From contig OZ024745.1 of the NCBI GenBank assembly GCA_964016885.1, forward strand, positions 10,726,001-10,790,000: DNA of 64,000 nt, in the 5' to 3' direction. Every line of letters starts with the position of its first letter. Position 1 is the first letter of the stretch. The DNA comes from Eledone cirrhosa (lineage: Eukaryota). The translations under genes were made by a program, and so were the position numbers. Shown here one piece after another: positions 1 through 15,200 of the stretch. Under the pieces are notes generated by a model. It was not told the origin of the DNA. It saw only the letters and a program-made list of their open reading frames with translations, and made no database searches.

Positions 1-44
1 TTGAGTATCTGTTGTAGAGAGTGATACAGTTTGAAAGGAAGTTA

Positions 45-2985
45 ATAGTTGAGTATCTGTTGTAGAGAGTGACACAGTTTGAAAGGAAGTTAATAGTTGA
101 GTATCTGTTGTAGAGAGTGACAGTTTGAAAGGAAGTTAATAGTTGAGTATCTGTTGTAGAGAGTGACACAGTTTGAAAGGAAGTTAATAATAAAGTATCT
201 ATTGTAGAGAGTGATACAGTTTGAAAGGAAGGTAATAGTTGAGTATCTGTTGTAGAGAGTGATACAGTTCGAAAGGAGGTTAATATTTGAGTATCTGTTG
301 TAGAGAGTGACACAGTTTGAAAGGAAGGTATTAGTTGAGTATCTGTTGTAGAGAGTGACAGTTTGAAAGGAGGTTAATAGTTGAGTATCTGTTGTAGAGA
401 GTGATACATTTTGAAAGGAATGTATTAGTTGAGTATCTGTTGTAGAGAGTGACACAATTTGAAAGGAAGGTAATAGTTGAGTATATACTGTAGAGAGTGA
501 CACAGTTTGAAAGGAAGGTAATAGTTGAGTATCTGTTGTAGAGAGTGACACATTTTGAAAGGAAAGTAATAGTTGAGTATCTATTGTAGAGAGTGACACA
601 GTTTGAAAGGTAGGTAATAATTGAGTATCTGTTGTAGAGAGTGATACATTTTGAAAGGAAGGTAATAGTTGAGTATCTATTGTAGAGAGTGATACAGTTT
701 GAAAGGAAGTTAATAGTTGAGTATCTATTGTAGGGAGTGATACAGTTTGAAAGGAAGGTAATATTTAAGTATCTTTTGTAGAGAGTGACACAGTTTGAAA
801 GGAAGGTAATAGTTGAGTATCTATTTTAGAGAGTGATACAGTTTGAAAGGAAGTTAATAGTTGAGTATCTATTGTAGAGAGTGACACAGTTTGAAAGCAA
901 GGTAATAGTTGAGTATCTGTTGTAGAGAGTGACGCAGTTTGAAAGGAAGGTAATAGTTGAGTATCTATTGTAGAGAGTGATACAGTTTGAAAGGAAGGTA
1001 ATAGTTGAGTATCTGTTGTAGAGAGTGATACAGTTTGAAAGGAGGTTAATAGTTGAGTATCTGTTGTAGAGAGTGACACAGTTTCAAAGGAAGTTAATAG
1101 TTGAGTATCTGTTGTAGAAAGTGACAGTTTGAAAGGAAGTTAATAGTTGAGTATCTGTTGTAGAGAGTGACACAGTTTGAAAGGAAGTTAATAGTTGGGT
1201 ATCTATTGTAGAAAGTGACACAGTTTGAAAGAAAGGTAATATTTGAGTATCTATTGTAGAGAGTGACACAGTTTGAAAGGAAGTTAATAGTTGAGTATCT
1301 GTTGTAGAGAGTGACAGTTTGAAAGGAAGTTAATAGTTGAGTATCTGTTGTAGAGAGTGACACAGTTTGAAAGGAAGTTAATAATAGAGTATCTATTGTA
1401 GAGAGTGATACAGTTTGAAAGGAAGGTAATAGTTGAGTATCTGTTGTAGAGAGTGACACAATTTGAAAGGAAGTTAATAGTTAAGTATCTATTGTAGAGA
1501 GTGACACAGTTTGAAAGGAAGTTAATTGTTGAGTATCTGTTGTAGAGAGTGATACAGTTTGAAAGGAAGGTAATAGTTGAGTATCTGTTGTAGAGAGTGA
1601 CACAGTTTGAAAGGAAGTTAATAGTTGAGTATCTGTTGTAGAGAGTGACAGTTTGAAAGGAAGTTAATAGTTGAGTATCTGTTGTAGAGAGTGACACAGT
1701 TTGAAAGGAAGTTAATAATAAAGTATCTATTGTAGAGAGTGATACAGTTTGAAAGGAAGGTAATAGTTGAGTATCTGTTGTAGAGAGTGATACAGTTTGA
1801 AAGGAGGTTAATATTTGAGTATCTGTTGTAGAGAGTGACACAGTTTGAAAGGAAGGTATTAGTTGAGTATCTGTGTAGAGAGTGACAGTTTGAAAGGAGG
1901 TTAATAGTTGAGTATCTGTTGTAGAGAGTGATACATTTTGAAAGGAATGTATTAGTTGAGTATCTGTTGTAGAGAGTGACACAATTTGAAAGGAAGGTAA
2001 TAGTTGAGTATATACTGTAGAGAGTGACACAGTTTGAAAGGAAGGTAATAGTTGAGTATCTGTTGTAGAGAGTGACACATTTTGAAAGGAAAGTAATAGT
2101 TGAGTATCTATTGTAGAGAGTGACACAGTTTGAAAGGTAGGTAATAATTGAGTATCTGTTGTAGAGAGTGATACATTTTGAAAGGAAGGTAATAGTTGAG
2201 TATCTATTGTAGAGAGTGATACAGTTTGAAAGGAAGTTAATAGTTGAGTATCTATTGTAGGGAGTGATACAGTTTGAAAGGAAGGTAATATTTAAGTATC
2301 TTTTGTAGAGAGTGACACAGTTTGAAAGGAAGGTAATAGTTGAGTATCTATTTTAGAGAGTGATACAGTTTGAAAGGAAGTTAATAGTTGAGTATCTATT
2401 GTAGAGAGTGACACAGTTTGAAAGCAAGGTAATAGTTGAGTATCTGTTGTAGAGAGTGACGCAGTTTGAAAGGAAGGTAATAGTTGAGTATCTATTGTAG
2501 AGAGTGATACAGTTTGAAAGGAAGGTAATAGTTGAGTATCTGTTGTAGAGAGTGATACAGTTTGAAAGGAGGTTAATAGTTGAGTATCTGTTGTAGAGAG
2601 TGACACAGTTTCAAAGGAAGTTAATAGTTGAGTATCTGTTGTAGAAAGTGACAGTTTGAAAGGAAGTTAATAGTTGAGTATCTGTTGTAGAGAGTGACAC
2701 AGTTTGAAAGGAAGTTAATAGTTGGGTATCTATTGTAGAAAGTGACACAGTTTGAAAGAAAGGTAATATTTGAGTATCTATTGTAGAGAGTGACACAGTT
2801 TGAAAGGAAGTTAATAGTTGAGTATCTGTTGTAGAGAGTGACAGTTTGAAAGGAAGTTAATAGTTGAGTATCTGTTGTAGAGAGTGACACAGTTTGAAAG
2901 GAAGTTAATAATAGAGTATCTATTGTAGAGAGTGATACAGTTTGAAAGGAAGGTAATAGTTGAGTATCTGTTGTAGAGAGTGACG
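45..2985. repeat. Higher-order duplication, offset 1527-1528 bp (~32 monomers)
   Basis: Identical ORF-track translations at 765/2292 and 1084/2611 (offset 1527). Rare variants (AAGGTAGG, TAGGGAG, TTTAAGTATCTTTT, GTTGGGT) recur at that offset. Edges are approximate. Confidence 0.9.
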
Positions 2986-5900
2986 GTTTGAAAGGAGGTT
3001 AATAGTTGAGTATCTGTTGTAGAGAGTGATACAGTTTGAAAGGAATGTATTAGTTGAGTATCTGTTGTAGAGAGTGACACAATTTGAAAGGAAGGTAATA
3101 GTTGAGTATATTCTGTAGAGAGTGACACAGTTTGAAAGGAAGGTAATAGTTGAGTATCAGTTGTAGAGAGTGACACATTTTGAAAGGAAGGTAATAGTTG
3201 AGTATCTGTTGTAGAGAGTGACACAGTTTGAAAGGAAGGTAATAATTGAGTATCTGTTGTAGAGGGTGATACAGTTTGAAAGGAAGGTAATAGTTGAGTA
3301 TCTATTGTAGAGAGTGATACAGTTTGAAAGGAAGTTAATAGTTGAGTATCTATTGTAGAGAGTGATACAGTTTGAAAGGAAGGTAATATTTGAGTATCTT
3401 TTGTAGAGAGTTACACAGTTTGAAAGGAAGGTAATAGTTGAGTATCTATTTTAGAGAGTGATACAGTTTGAAAGGAAGTTAATAGTTGAGTATCTATTGT
3501 AGAGAGTGACACAGTTTGAAAGCAAGGTAATAGTTGAGTATCTGTTGTAGAGAGTGACGCAGTTTGAAAGGAAGGTAATAGTTGAGTTTCTATTGTAGAG
3601 AGTGATCCAGTTTGAAAGGAAGGTAATAGTTGAGTATCTGTTGTAGAGAGTGACACAGTTTGAAAGGAAGGTAATAGTTGAGTATCTATTGTAGAGAGTG
3701 ATCCAGTTTGAAAGGAAGGTAATAGTTGAGTATCTGTTGTAGAGAGTGACACAGTTTGAAAGGAGGTTAATAGTTGAGTATCTGTTGTAGAGAGTGATAC
3801 AGTTTGAAAGGAAGTTAATAGTTGAGTATCTGTTGTAGAGTGTGACAATTTGAAAGGAAGTTAATAGTTGAGTATCTGTTGTAGAGAGTGACACAGTTTC
3901 AAAGAAAGTTAATAGTTGAGTATCTGTTGTAGAGAGTGACACAGTTTGAAAGGAAGTTAATAGTTGAGTATCTATTGTAGAGAGTGACACAGTTTGAAAG
4001 CAAGGTAATAGTTGAGTATCTGTTATAGAGAGTGACACAGTTTGAAAGGAGGTTAATAGTTGAGTATCTGTTGTAGAGAGTGACACAGTTTGAAAGGAAG
4101 GTAATAATTGAGTATCTATTGTTGAGAGTGACACAGTTTGAAAGGAAGTTAATAGTTGAGTATCTATTGTAGAGAGTGACACAGTTTGAAAGCAAGGTAA
4201 TAGTTGAGTATCTGTTATAGAGAGTGACACAGTTTGAAAGGAGGTTAATAGTTGAGTATCTGTTGTAGAGAGTGACACAGTTTCAAAGGGAGTTAATAGT
4301 TGAGTATCTGTTGTAGAGAGTGACAGTTTGAAAGGAAGTTAATAGTTGAGTATCTGTTGTAGAGTGTGACAGTTTGAAAGGAAGTTAATAGTTGAGTATC
4401 TGTTGTAGAGAGTGACACAGTTTGAAAGGAAGTTAATAGTTGAGTATCTATTGTAGAGAGTGGCACAGTTTGAAAGAAAGGTAATATTTGAGTATCTATT
4501 GTAGAGAGTGATACTGATTGAAAGGTGGTTAATAGTTGAGTATCTGTTGTAGAGAGTGACACGGTTTGAAAGGAAGGTATTAGTTGAGTATCTGTTGTAG
4601 AGAGTGATACAGTTTGAAAGGCGGGTAATAGTTGAGTATCTATTGTAGAGAGTGATACAGTTTGAAAGAAAGGTAATATTTGAGTATCTATTATACAGAG
4701 TGATACAGTTTGAAAGGAGTTTAATAGTTGAGTATCTGTTGTAGAGAGTGACACAGTTTGAAAGGAAGTTAATTGTTGAGTATCTATTGTAGAGAGTGAC
4801 ACAGTTTGAAAGAAGGGTAATAGTTGAGTATCTGTTGTAGAGAGTGAAACAGTTTGAAAGGAGGGTAATTGTTGAGTAGCTATTTTAGAGAGTGACACAG
4901 TTTGAAAGAAAGGTAATATTCGAGTATCTATTGTAGAGTGTGATACAGATTGAAAGGAGGTTAATAGTTGAGTATCTGTTGTAGAGAGTGACACAGTGTG
5001 AAAGGAGGTTAATAGTTGAATATCTGTTGTAGAGAGTGACACAGTTTGAAAGGAAGTTAATAGTTGAGTATCTGTTGTAGAGAGTGATACAGTTTGAAAG
5101 GAAGGTAATAGTTGAGTATCTGTTGTAAAGAGTGATACAGTTTGAAAGGAAGGTAATAGTTGTGTATCTGTCGTAGAGAGTGACACTTTTTGAAAGGAAG
5201 GTAATAGTTGAGTATCTGTTGTAGAGAGTGACACAGTTTGAAAGGAAGGTAATAGTTGAGTATCTGTTGTAGAGAGTGACACAGTTTGAAAGGAAGTTAA
5301 TAGTTGAGTATCTGTTGTAGAGACTGACAGTTTGAAAGGAAGTTAATAGTTGAGTATCTGTTGTAGAGAGTGACACAGTTTGAAAGGTAGTTAATAATTG
5401 AGTATCTATTGTAGAGAGTGATACAGTTTGAAAGGAAGGTAATAGTTGAGTATCTGTTGTAGAGAGGGATACAGTTTGAAAGGTAATATTTGAGTATCTA
5501 TTGTAGAGAGTGATACAGTTTGAAAGGATGTTAATAGTTTAGTATCTGTTGTAGAGAGTGACACAGTCTGAAAGGAAGGTAATAGTTGAGTATCTGTTGT
5601 AGAGAGTAACACAGTTTGAAAGGAAGGTAATAGTTGAGTATCTGTTGTAGAGAGTGACACAATTTGAAAGGAAGTTAATAGTTAAGTATCTATTGTAGAG
5701 AGTGACACAGTTTGAAAGGAAGTTAATTGTTGAGTATCTGTTGTAGAGAGTGATACAGTTTGAAAGGAAGGTAATAGTTGAGTATCTGTTGTAGAGAGTG
5801 ACACAGTTTGAAAGGAAGTTAATAGTTGAGTATCTGTTGTAGAGAGTGACAGTTTGAAAGGAAGTTAATAGTTGAGTATCTGTTGTAGAGAGTGACACAG

Positions 5901-6649
5901 TTTGAAAGGAAGTTAATAATAAAGTATCTATTGTAGAGAGTGCTACAGTTTGAAAGGAAGTTAATAGTTGAGTATCTATTGTAGAGAGTGACACAGTTTG
6001 AAAGGAAGTTAATTGTTGAGTATCTGTTGTAGAGAGTGATACAGTTTGAAAGGAAGGTAATAGTTGAGTATCTGTTGTAGAGAGTGACACAGTTTGAAAG
6101 GAAGTTAATAGTTGAGTATCTGTTGTAGAGAGTGACAGTTTGAAAGGAAGTTAATAGTTGAGTATCTGTTGTAGAGAGTGACACAGTTTGAAAGGAAGTT
6201 AATAATAAAGTATCTATTGTAGAGAGTGCTACAGTTTGAAAGGAAGTTAATAGTTGAGTATCTGTTGTAGAGAGTGATACAGTTTGAAAGGAGGTTAATA
6301 TTTGAGTATCTGTTGTAGAGACTGACACAGTTTGAAAGGAAGGTATTAGTTGAGTATCTGTGTAGAGAGTGACGGTTTGAAAGGAGGTTAATAGTTGAGT
6401 ATCTGTTGTAGAGAGTGATACAGTTTGAAAGGAATGTATTAGTTGAGTATCTGTTGTAGAGAGTGACACAATTTGAAAGGAAGGTAATAGTTGAGTATAT
6501 TCTGTAGAGAGTGACACAGTTTGAAAGGAAGGTAATAGTTGAGTATCTATTGTAGAGAGTGACACATTTTGAAAGGAAGGTAATAGTTGAGTATCTTTTG
6601 TAGAGAGTTACACAGTTTGAAAGGAAGGTAATAGTTGAGTATCTATTTT

Positions 6650-9247
6650 AGAGAGTGATACAGTTTGAAAGGAAGTTAATAGTTGAGTATCTATTGTAGA
6701 GAGTGACACAGTTTGAAAGCAAGGTAATAGTTGAGTATCTGTTGTAGAGAGTGACGCAGTTTGAAAGGAAGGTAATAGTTGAGTTTCTATTGTAGAGAGT
6801 GATCCAGTTTGAAAGGAAGATAATAGTTGAGTATCTGTTGTAGAGAGTGACACAGTTTGAAAGGAGGTTAATAGTTGAGTATCTGTTGTAGAGACTGACA
6901 CAGTTTGAAAGGAAGTTATTAGTTGAGTATCTGTGTAGAGAGTGACAGTTTGAAAGGAGGTTAATAGTTGAGTATCTGTTGTAGAGAGTGATACAGTTTG
7001 AAAGGAATGTATTAGTTGAGTATCTGTTTTAGAGAGTGACACAATTTGAAAGGAAGGTGATAGTTGAGTATATACTGTAGAGAGTGACACAGTTTGAAAG
7101 GAAGGTAATAGTTGAGTGTCTGTTGTAGAGAGTGACACATTTTGAAAGGAAGGTAATAGTTGAGTATCTGTTGTAGAGAGTGATACAGTTTGAAAGGAAG
7201 GTAATAGTTGAGTATCTATTGTAGAGAGTGATACAGTTTCAAACGAAGTTAATAGTTGAGTATCTGTTGTAGAGAGTGATACAGTTTGAAAGGAATGTAT
7301 TAGTTGAGTATCTGTTGTAGAGAGTGACACAATTTGAAAGAAGGTGATAGTTGAGTATATACTGTAGAGAGTGACACAGTTTGAAAGGAAGGTAATAGTT
7401 GAGTATCTGTTGTAGAGAGTGACACAGTTTGAAAGCAAGGTAATAGTTGAGTATCTGTTGTAGAGAGTGACGCAGTTTGAAAGGAAGGTAATAGTTGAGT
7501 ATCTATTGTAGAGAGTGATACAGTTTGAAAGGAAGGTAATAGTTGAGTATCTGTTGTAGAGAGTGACACAGTTTGAAAGGAGGTTAATAGTTGAGTATCT
7601 GTTGTAGAGAGTGACACAGTTTCAAAGGAAGTTAATAGTTGAGTATCTGTTGTAGAGAGTGACAGTTTGAAAGGAAGTTAATAGTTGAGTATCTGTTGCA
7701 GAGAGTGACAGCTTGAAAGGAAATTAATAGTTGAGTATCTGTTTTAGAGAGTGACACAGTTTGAAAGGAAGTTAATAGTTGAGTATCTATTGTAGAGAAT
7801 GACACAGTTTGAAAGAAAGGTAATATTTGAGTATCTATTGTAGAGAGTGATACTGATTGAAAGGTGGTTAATAGTTGAGTATCTGTTGTAGAGAGTGACA
7901 CAGTTTGAAAGGAGGGTAATTGTTGAGTATCTATTGTAGAGAGTGATACAGTTTGAAAGGAAGTTAATAGTTGAGTATCTATTGTAGAGAGTGACACAGT
8001 TTGAAAGCAAGGTAATAGTTGAGTATCTGTTGTAGAGAGTGACGCAGTTTGAAAGGAAGGTAATAGTTGAGTTTCTATTGTAGAGAGTGATCCAGTTTGA
8101 AAGGAAGATAATAGTTGAGTATCTGTTGTAGAGAGTGACACAGTTTGAAAGGAGGTTAATAGTTGAGTATCTGTTGTAGAGACTGACACAGTTTGAAAGG
8201 AAGTTATTAGTTGAGTATCTGTGTAGAGAGTGACAGTTTGAAAGGAGGTTAATAGTTGAGTATCTGTTGTAGAGAGTGATACAGTTTGAAAGGAATGTAT
8301 TAGTTGAGTATCTGTTTTAGAGAGTGACACAATTTGAAAGGAAGGTGATAGTTGAGTATATACTGTAGAGAGTGACACAGTTTGAAAGGAAGGTAATAGT
8401 TGAGTGTCTGTTGTAGAGAGTGACACATTTTGAAAGGAAGGTAATAGTTGAGTATCTGTTGTAGAGAGTGATACAGTTTGAAAGGAAGGTAATAGTTGAG
8501 TATCTATTGTAGAGAGTGATACAGTTTCAAACGAAGTTAATAGTTGAGTATCTGTTGTAGAGAGTGATACAGTTTGAAAGGAATGTATTAGTTGAGTATC
8601 TGTTGTAGAGAGTGACACAATTTGAAAGAAGGTGATAGTTGAGTATATACTGTAGAGAGTGACACAGTTTGAAAGGAAGGTAATAGTTGAGTATCTGTTG
8701 TAGAGAGTGACACAGTTTGAAAGCAAGGTAATAGTTGAGTATCTGTTGTAGAGAGTGACGCAGTTTGAAAGGAAGGTAATAGTTGAGTATCTATTGTAGA
8801 GAGTGATACAGTTTGAAAGGAAGGTAATAGTTGAGTATCTGTTGTAGAGAGTGACACAGTTTGAAAGGAGGTTAATAGTTGAGTATCTGTTGTAGAGAGT
8901 GACACAGTTTCAAAGGAAGTTAATAGTTGAGTATCTGTTGTAGAGAGTGACAGTTTGAAAGGAAGTTAATAGTTGAGTATCTGTTGCAGAGAGTGACAGC
9001 TTGAAAGGAAATTAATAGTTGAGTATCTGTTTTAGAGAGTGACACAGTTTGAAAGGAAGTTAATAGTTGAGTATCTATTGTAGAGAATGACACAGTTTGA
9101 AAGAAAGGTAATATTTGAGTATCTATTGTAGAGAGTGATACTGATTGAAAGGTGGTTAATAGTTGAGTATCTGTTGTAGAGAGTGACACAGTTTGAAAGG
9201 AGGGTAATTGTTGAGTATCTATTGTAGAGAGTGATACAGTTTGAAAG
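6650..9247. repeat. Higher-order tandem duplication, period 1288 bp (~27 monomers)
   Basis: Identical translations at 7300/8588 and shared ORF ends at 7632/8920. Rare variants TTTCAAACGAAG, GAGTTTCT, GATCCAG and CAGCTTG recur at +1288. Confidence 0.9.
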
Positions 9248-12200
9248 AAAGGTAATATTTGAGTATCTGTTGTAGAGAGTGACACAGTTTGAAAGGAAGT
9301 TAATTGTTGAGTATCTATTGTAGAGAGTGACACAGTTTGAAAGGAAGTTAATTGTTGAGTATCTATTGTAGAGAGTGACACAGTTTGAAAGAAGGGTAAT
9401 AGTTGAGTATCTGTTGTAGAGAGTGACACAGTTTGAAAGGAGGGTAATTGTTGAGTAGCTATTGTAGAGAGTGACACAGTTTGAAAGAAAGGTAATATTT
9501 GAGTATCTATTGTAGAGAGTGATACAGATTGAAAGGAGGTTAATAGTTGAGTATCTGTTGTAGAGAGTGACACAGTTTGAAAGGAGGTTAATAGTTGAAT
9601 ATCTGTTGTAGAGAGTGACACAGTTTGAAAGGAAGTTAATAGTTGAGTATCTGTTGTAGAGAGTGATACAGTTTGAAAGGAAGGTAATAGTTGAGTATCT
9701 ATTGTAGAGAGTTACACAGTTTGAAAGGAGGTTAATAGTTGAGTATCTGTTGTAGAGAGTGACACAGTTTGAAAGGAAGGTAATAGTTGAGTATCTGTTG
9801 TAAAGAGTGATACAGTTTGAAAGGAGGTTAATAGTTTAGTATCTGTTGTAGAGAGTGACACAGTCTGAAATGAAGGTAATAGTTGAGTATCTGTTGTAGA
9901 GAGTGACACAGTTTGAAAGGAAGGTAATAGTTGAGTATCTGTTGTAGAGAGTGACACAATTTGAAAGGAAGTTAATAGTTAAGTATCTATTGTAGAGAGT
10001 GACACAGTTTGAAAGGAGGTTAATTGTTGAGTATATGTTGTAGAGAGTGACACAGTTTGAAAGGAAGGTATTAGTTGAGTATCTGTGTAGAGAGTGACAC
10101 AGTTTGAAAGGAGGTTAATAGTTGAGTATCTGTTGTAGAGAGTGATACAGTTTGAAAGGAATGTATTAGTTGAGTATCTGTTGTAGAGAGTGACACATCT
10201 TGAAAGGAAGGTAATAGTTGAGTATATACTATAGAGAGTGACACAGTTTGAAAGGAAGGTAATAGTTGAGTATCTGTTGTAGAGACTGACACAGTTTGAA
10301 AGGAAGTTATTAGTTGAGTATCTGTGTAGAGAGTGACAGTTTGAAAGGAGGTTAATAGTTGAGTATCTGTTGTAGAGAGTGATACAGTTTGAAAGGAATG
10401 TATTAGTTGAGTATCTGTTGTAGAGAGTGACACAATTTGAAAGGAAGGTGATAGTTGAGTATATACTGTAGAGAGTGACACAGTTTGAAAGGAAGGTAAT
10501 AGTTGAGTATCTGTTGTAGAGAGTGACACAGTTTGAAAGGAAGGTAATAATTGAGTATCTGTTGTAAAGAGTGATACAGTTTGAAAGGAAGGTAATAGTT
10601 GAGTATCTATTGTAGAGAGTGATACAGTTTGAAACGAAGTTAATAGTTGAGTATCTATTGTAGAGAGTGATACAGTTTGAAAGGAAGGTAATAATTGAGT
10701 ATCTGTTGTAAAGAGTGATACAGTTTGAAAGGAAGGTAATAGTTGAGTATCTGTTGTAGAGAGTGATACAGTTTGAGAGGAATGTATTAGTTGAGTATCT
10801 GTTGTAGAGAGTGACACAATTTGAAAGGAAGGTGATAGTTGAGTATATACTGTAGAGAGTGACACAGTTTGAAAGGAAGGTAATAGTTGAGTATCTGTTG
10901 TAGAGAGTGACACAGTTTGAAAGCAAGGTAATAGTTGAGTATCTGTTGTAGAGAGTGACACAGTTTGAAAGGAAGTTAATAGTTGAGTATCTGTTGTAGA
11001 GACTGACAGTTTGAAAGGAAGTTAATAGTTGAGTATCTGTTGTAGAGAGTGACACAGTTTGAAAGGAAGTTAATAGTTGAGTATCTGTTGTAGAGAGTGA
11101 CACAGTTTGAAAGGAAGTTAATAATTGAGTATCTATTGTAGAGAGTGATACAGTTTGAAAGGAAGGTAATAGTTGAGTATCTGTTGTAGAGAGTGATACA
11201 GTTTGAAAGGTAATATTTGAGTATCTATTGTAGAGAGTGATACAGTTTGAAAGGAGGTTAATAGTTTAGTATCTGTTGTAGAGAGTGACACAGTCTGAAA
11301 GGAAGGTAATAGTTGAGTATCTGTTGTAGAGAGTGACACAGTTTGAAAGGAAGGTAATAGTTGAGTATCTGTTGTAGAGAGTGACACAATTTGAAAGGAA
11401 GTTAATAGTTAAGTATCTATTGTAGAGAGTGACACAGTTTGAAAGGAAGTTAATTGTTGAGTATCTGTTGTAGAGAGGGATACAGTTTGAAAGGAAGGTA
11501 ATAGTTGAGTATCTGTTGTAGAGAGTGACACATTTTGAAAGGAAGTTAATAGTTGAGTATCTGTTGTAGAGAGTGACAGTTTGAAAGGAAGTTAATAATA
11601 GAGTATCTATTGTAGTGAGTGATACAGTTTGAAAGGAAGGTAATAGTTGAGTATCTGTTGTAGAGAGTGATACAGTTTGAAAGGAGGTTAATAGTTGAGT
11701 ATATGTTGTAGAGAGTGACACAGTTTGAAAGGAAGGTATTAGTTGAGTATCTGTGTAGAGAGTGACAGTTTGAAAGGAGGTTAATAGTTGAGTATCTGTT
11801 GTAGAGAGTGACACAGTTTGAAAGCAAGGTAATAGTTGAGTATCTGTTGTAGCGAGTAACACAGTTTGAAAGGAAGGTAATAGTTGAGTATCTATTGTAG
11901 AGAGTGATACAGTTTGAAAGGAAGGTAATAGTTGAGTATCTGTTGTAGAGAGTGACACAGTTTGAAAGCAAGGTAATAGTTGAGTATCTGTTGTAGCGAG
12001 TAACACAGTTTGAAAGGAAGGTAATAGTTGAGTATCTATTGTAGAGAGTGATACAGTTTGAAAGGAAGGTAATAGTTGAGTATCTGTTGTAGAGAGTGAC
12101 ACAGTTTGAAAGGAGGTTAATAGTTGAGTATCTGTTGTAGAGAGTGACACAGTTTGAAAGGAGGGTAATAGTTGAGTATCTGTTGTAGAGAGTGATACAG

Positions 12201-15200
12201 TTTGAAAGGAGGTTATTAGTTGAGTATCTGTTGTGGAGAGTGACACAGTTTCAAAGGAAGTTAATAGTTGAGTATCTGTTGTAGAGAGTGACACAGTTTG
12301 AAAGGAAGTTAATAGTTGAGTATCTATTGTAGAGAGTGACAGTTTGAAAGGAAGTTAATAGTTGAGTATCTGTTGTAGAGAGTGAAACAGTTTGAAAGGA
12401 GGTTAATAGTTGAGTATCTGTTGTAGAGAGTGACACAGTTTGAAAGGAGGTTAATAGTTGAGTATCTGTTGTAGAGAGTGACACAGTTTCAAAGGAAGTT
12501 AATAGTTGAGTATCTGTTGTAGAGAGTGACACAGTTTGAAAGGAAGTTAATAGTTGAGTATCTATTGTAGAGAGTGACAGTTTGAAAGGAAGTTAATAGT
12601 TGAGTATCTGTTGTAGAGAGTGAAACAGTTTGAAAGGAGGTTAATAGTTGAGTATCTGTTGTAGAGAGTGACAGTTTGAAAGGAAGTTAATAGTTGAGTA
12701 TCTGTTGTAGAGAGGGACGCAGTTTGAAAGGAAGTTAATAGTTGAGTATCTATTGTAGAGAGTGACACAGTTTGAAAGAAAGGTAATATTTGAGTATCTA
12801 TTGTAGAGAGTGATACTGATTGAAAGGTGGTTAATAGTTGAGTATCTATTGTAGAGAGTGACACAGTTTGAAAGAAGGGTAATAGTTGAGCATCTATTGT
12901 AGAGAGTGACACAGTTTGAAAGGAAGGTAATAGTTGAGTATCTGTTGTAGAGAGTGATACAGTTTGAAAGGAAGGTAATAGTTGAGCATCTATTGTAGAG
13001 AGTGACACAGTTTGAAAGGAAGGTAATAGTTGAGTATCTACTGTAGAGAGTGATACAGTTTGAAAGGAAGGTAATAGTTGACTATCTGTTGTAGAGAGTG
13101 ATACAGTTTGAAAGGTAATATTTGAGTATCTATTGTAGAGAGTGATACAGTTTGAAAGGAGGTTAATAGTTTAGTATCTGTTGTAGAGAGTGACACAATT
13201 TGAAAGGAAGTTAATAGTTGAGTATCTATTGTAGAGAGTGACACAGTTTGAAAGGAAGTCAATTGTTGAGTATCTATTGTAGAGAGTGATACAGTTTGAA
13301 AGAAAGGTAATGGTTGAGTATCTGATGTAGAGAGTGACACAGTGTGAAAAGAGGTTAATAGTTGAGTATCTGTTGTAGAGAGTGACACAGTTTGAAAGGA
13401 AGGTAATAGTTGAGTATCTGTTGTAGAGAGTGACACAGTTTGAAAGGAAGTTAATAGCTGAGTATCTGTTGTAGAGAGTGACAGTTTTAAAGGAAGTTAA
13501 TAGTTGAGTATCTGTTGTAGAGAGTGACACAGTTTGAAAGGAAGTTAATAATAGAGTATCTGTTGTAGAGAGTGACACAGTTTGAAAGGAATGTATTAGT
13601 TGAGTATCTGTTGTAGAGAGTGACACAACTTGAAAGGAAGGTAATAGTTGAGTATATACTGTAGAGAGTGACCCAGTTTGAAAGGAAGGTAATAGTTGAG
13701 TATCTATTGTAGAAAGTGATACAGTTTGAAAGGAAGTTAATAGTTGAGTATCTATTGTAGAGAGTGATACAGTTTGAAAGGAAGGTAATATTTGAGTATC
13801 TGTTGTAGAGAGTGACACATTTTGAAAGGAAGGTAATAGTTGAGTATCTATTGTAGAGAGTGATACAGTTTGAAAGGAAGTTAATAGTTGAGTATCTATT
13901 GTAGAGAGTGACACAGTTTGAAAGCAAGGTAATAGTTGAGTATCTGTTGTAGAGAGTGACACAGTTTGAAAGGAAGGTAATAGTTGAGTATCTGTTGTAG
14001 AGAGGGACACAGTTTCAAAGGAAGTTAATAGTTGAGTATCTGTTGTAGAGAGTGACAGTTTGAAAGGAAGTTAATACTTGAGTATCTGTTGTAGAGAGTG
14101 ACAGTTTGAAAGGAAGTTAATAGTTGAGTATCTGTTGTAGAGAGTGACACAGTTTGAAAGGAAGTTAATAGTTGAGTATCTATTGTAGAGAGTGACACAG
14201 TTTGAAAGAAATGTAATATATGAGTATCTACTGTAGAGAGTGATACTGATTGAAAGGTGGTTAATAGTTGAGAATCTGTTGTAGAGAGTGACACAGTTTG
14301 AAAGGAAGGTATTAGTTGAGTATCTGTTATAGAGAGTGATACAGTTTTAAAGGCGGGTAATAGTTGAGTATGTATTGTAGACAGTGACAGTTTGAAAGAA
14401 AGGTAATATTTGAGTATCTATTGTAGAGAGTGATACAGTTTGAAAGGAGTTTAAAAGTTGAGTATCTGTTGTAGAGAGTGACACAGTTTGAAAGGAAGGT
14501 AATAGTTGAGTATCTATTGTAGAGAGTGACAGTTTGAAAGAAAGGTAATATTTAAGTATCTATTGTAGAGAGTGACACAGTTTGAAAGGATGTTAATAGT
14601 TGAGTATCTATCGTAGAGAGTGACACAGTTTGAAAGAAGTGTAATAGTTGAGTATCTGTTGTAGAGAGTGGTACAGTTTGAAAGGAAGTTAATTGTTGAG
14701 TATCTATTGTAGAGAGTGACACAGTTTGAAAGAAGGGCAATAGTTGAGTATCTGTTGTAGAGAGTGACACAGTTTGAAAGAAGGGTAATAGTTGAGTATC
14801 TGTTGTAGAGAGTGACACAGTTTGAAAGGAGGGTAATTGTTGAGTAGCTATTGTAGAGAGTGACACAGTTTGAAAGGAGGGTAATTGTTGAGTATCTATT
14901 GTAGACAGTGATACAGATTGAAAGGAGGTTAATAGTTGAGTATCTGTTGTAGAGAGTGACACATTTTGAAAGGAAGGTAATAGTTGAGTATCTGTTGTAG
15001 AGAGTGACACAGTTTGAAAGAAAGGTAATATTTGAGTATGTATTGTAGAGAGTGATACAGATTGAAAGGAGGTTAATAGTTGAGTATCCTTTGTAGAGAG
15101 TGACACAGTTTGAAAGGAGGTTAATAGTTGAATATCTGTTGTAGAGAGTGACACAGTTTGAAACGAAGTTAATATTTGAGTATCTGTTGTAGAGAGTGAT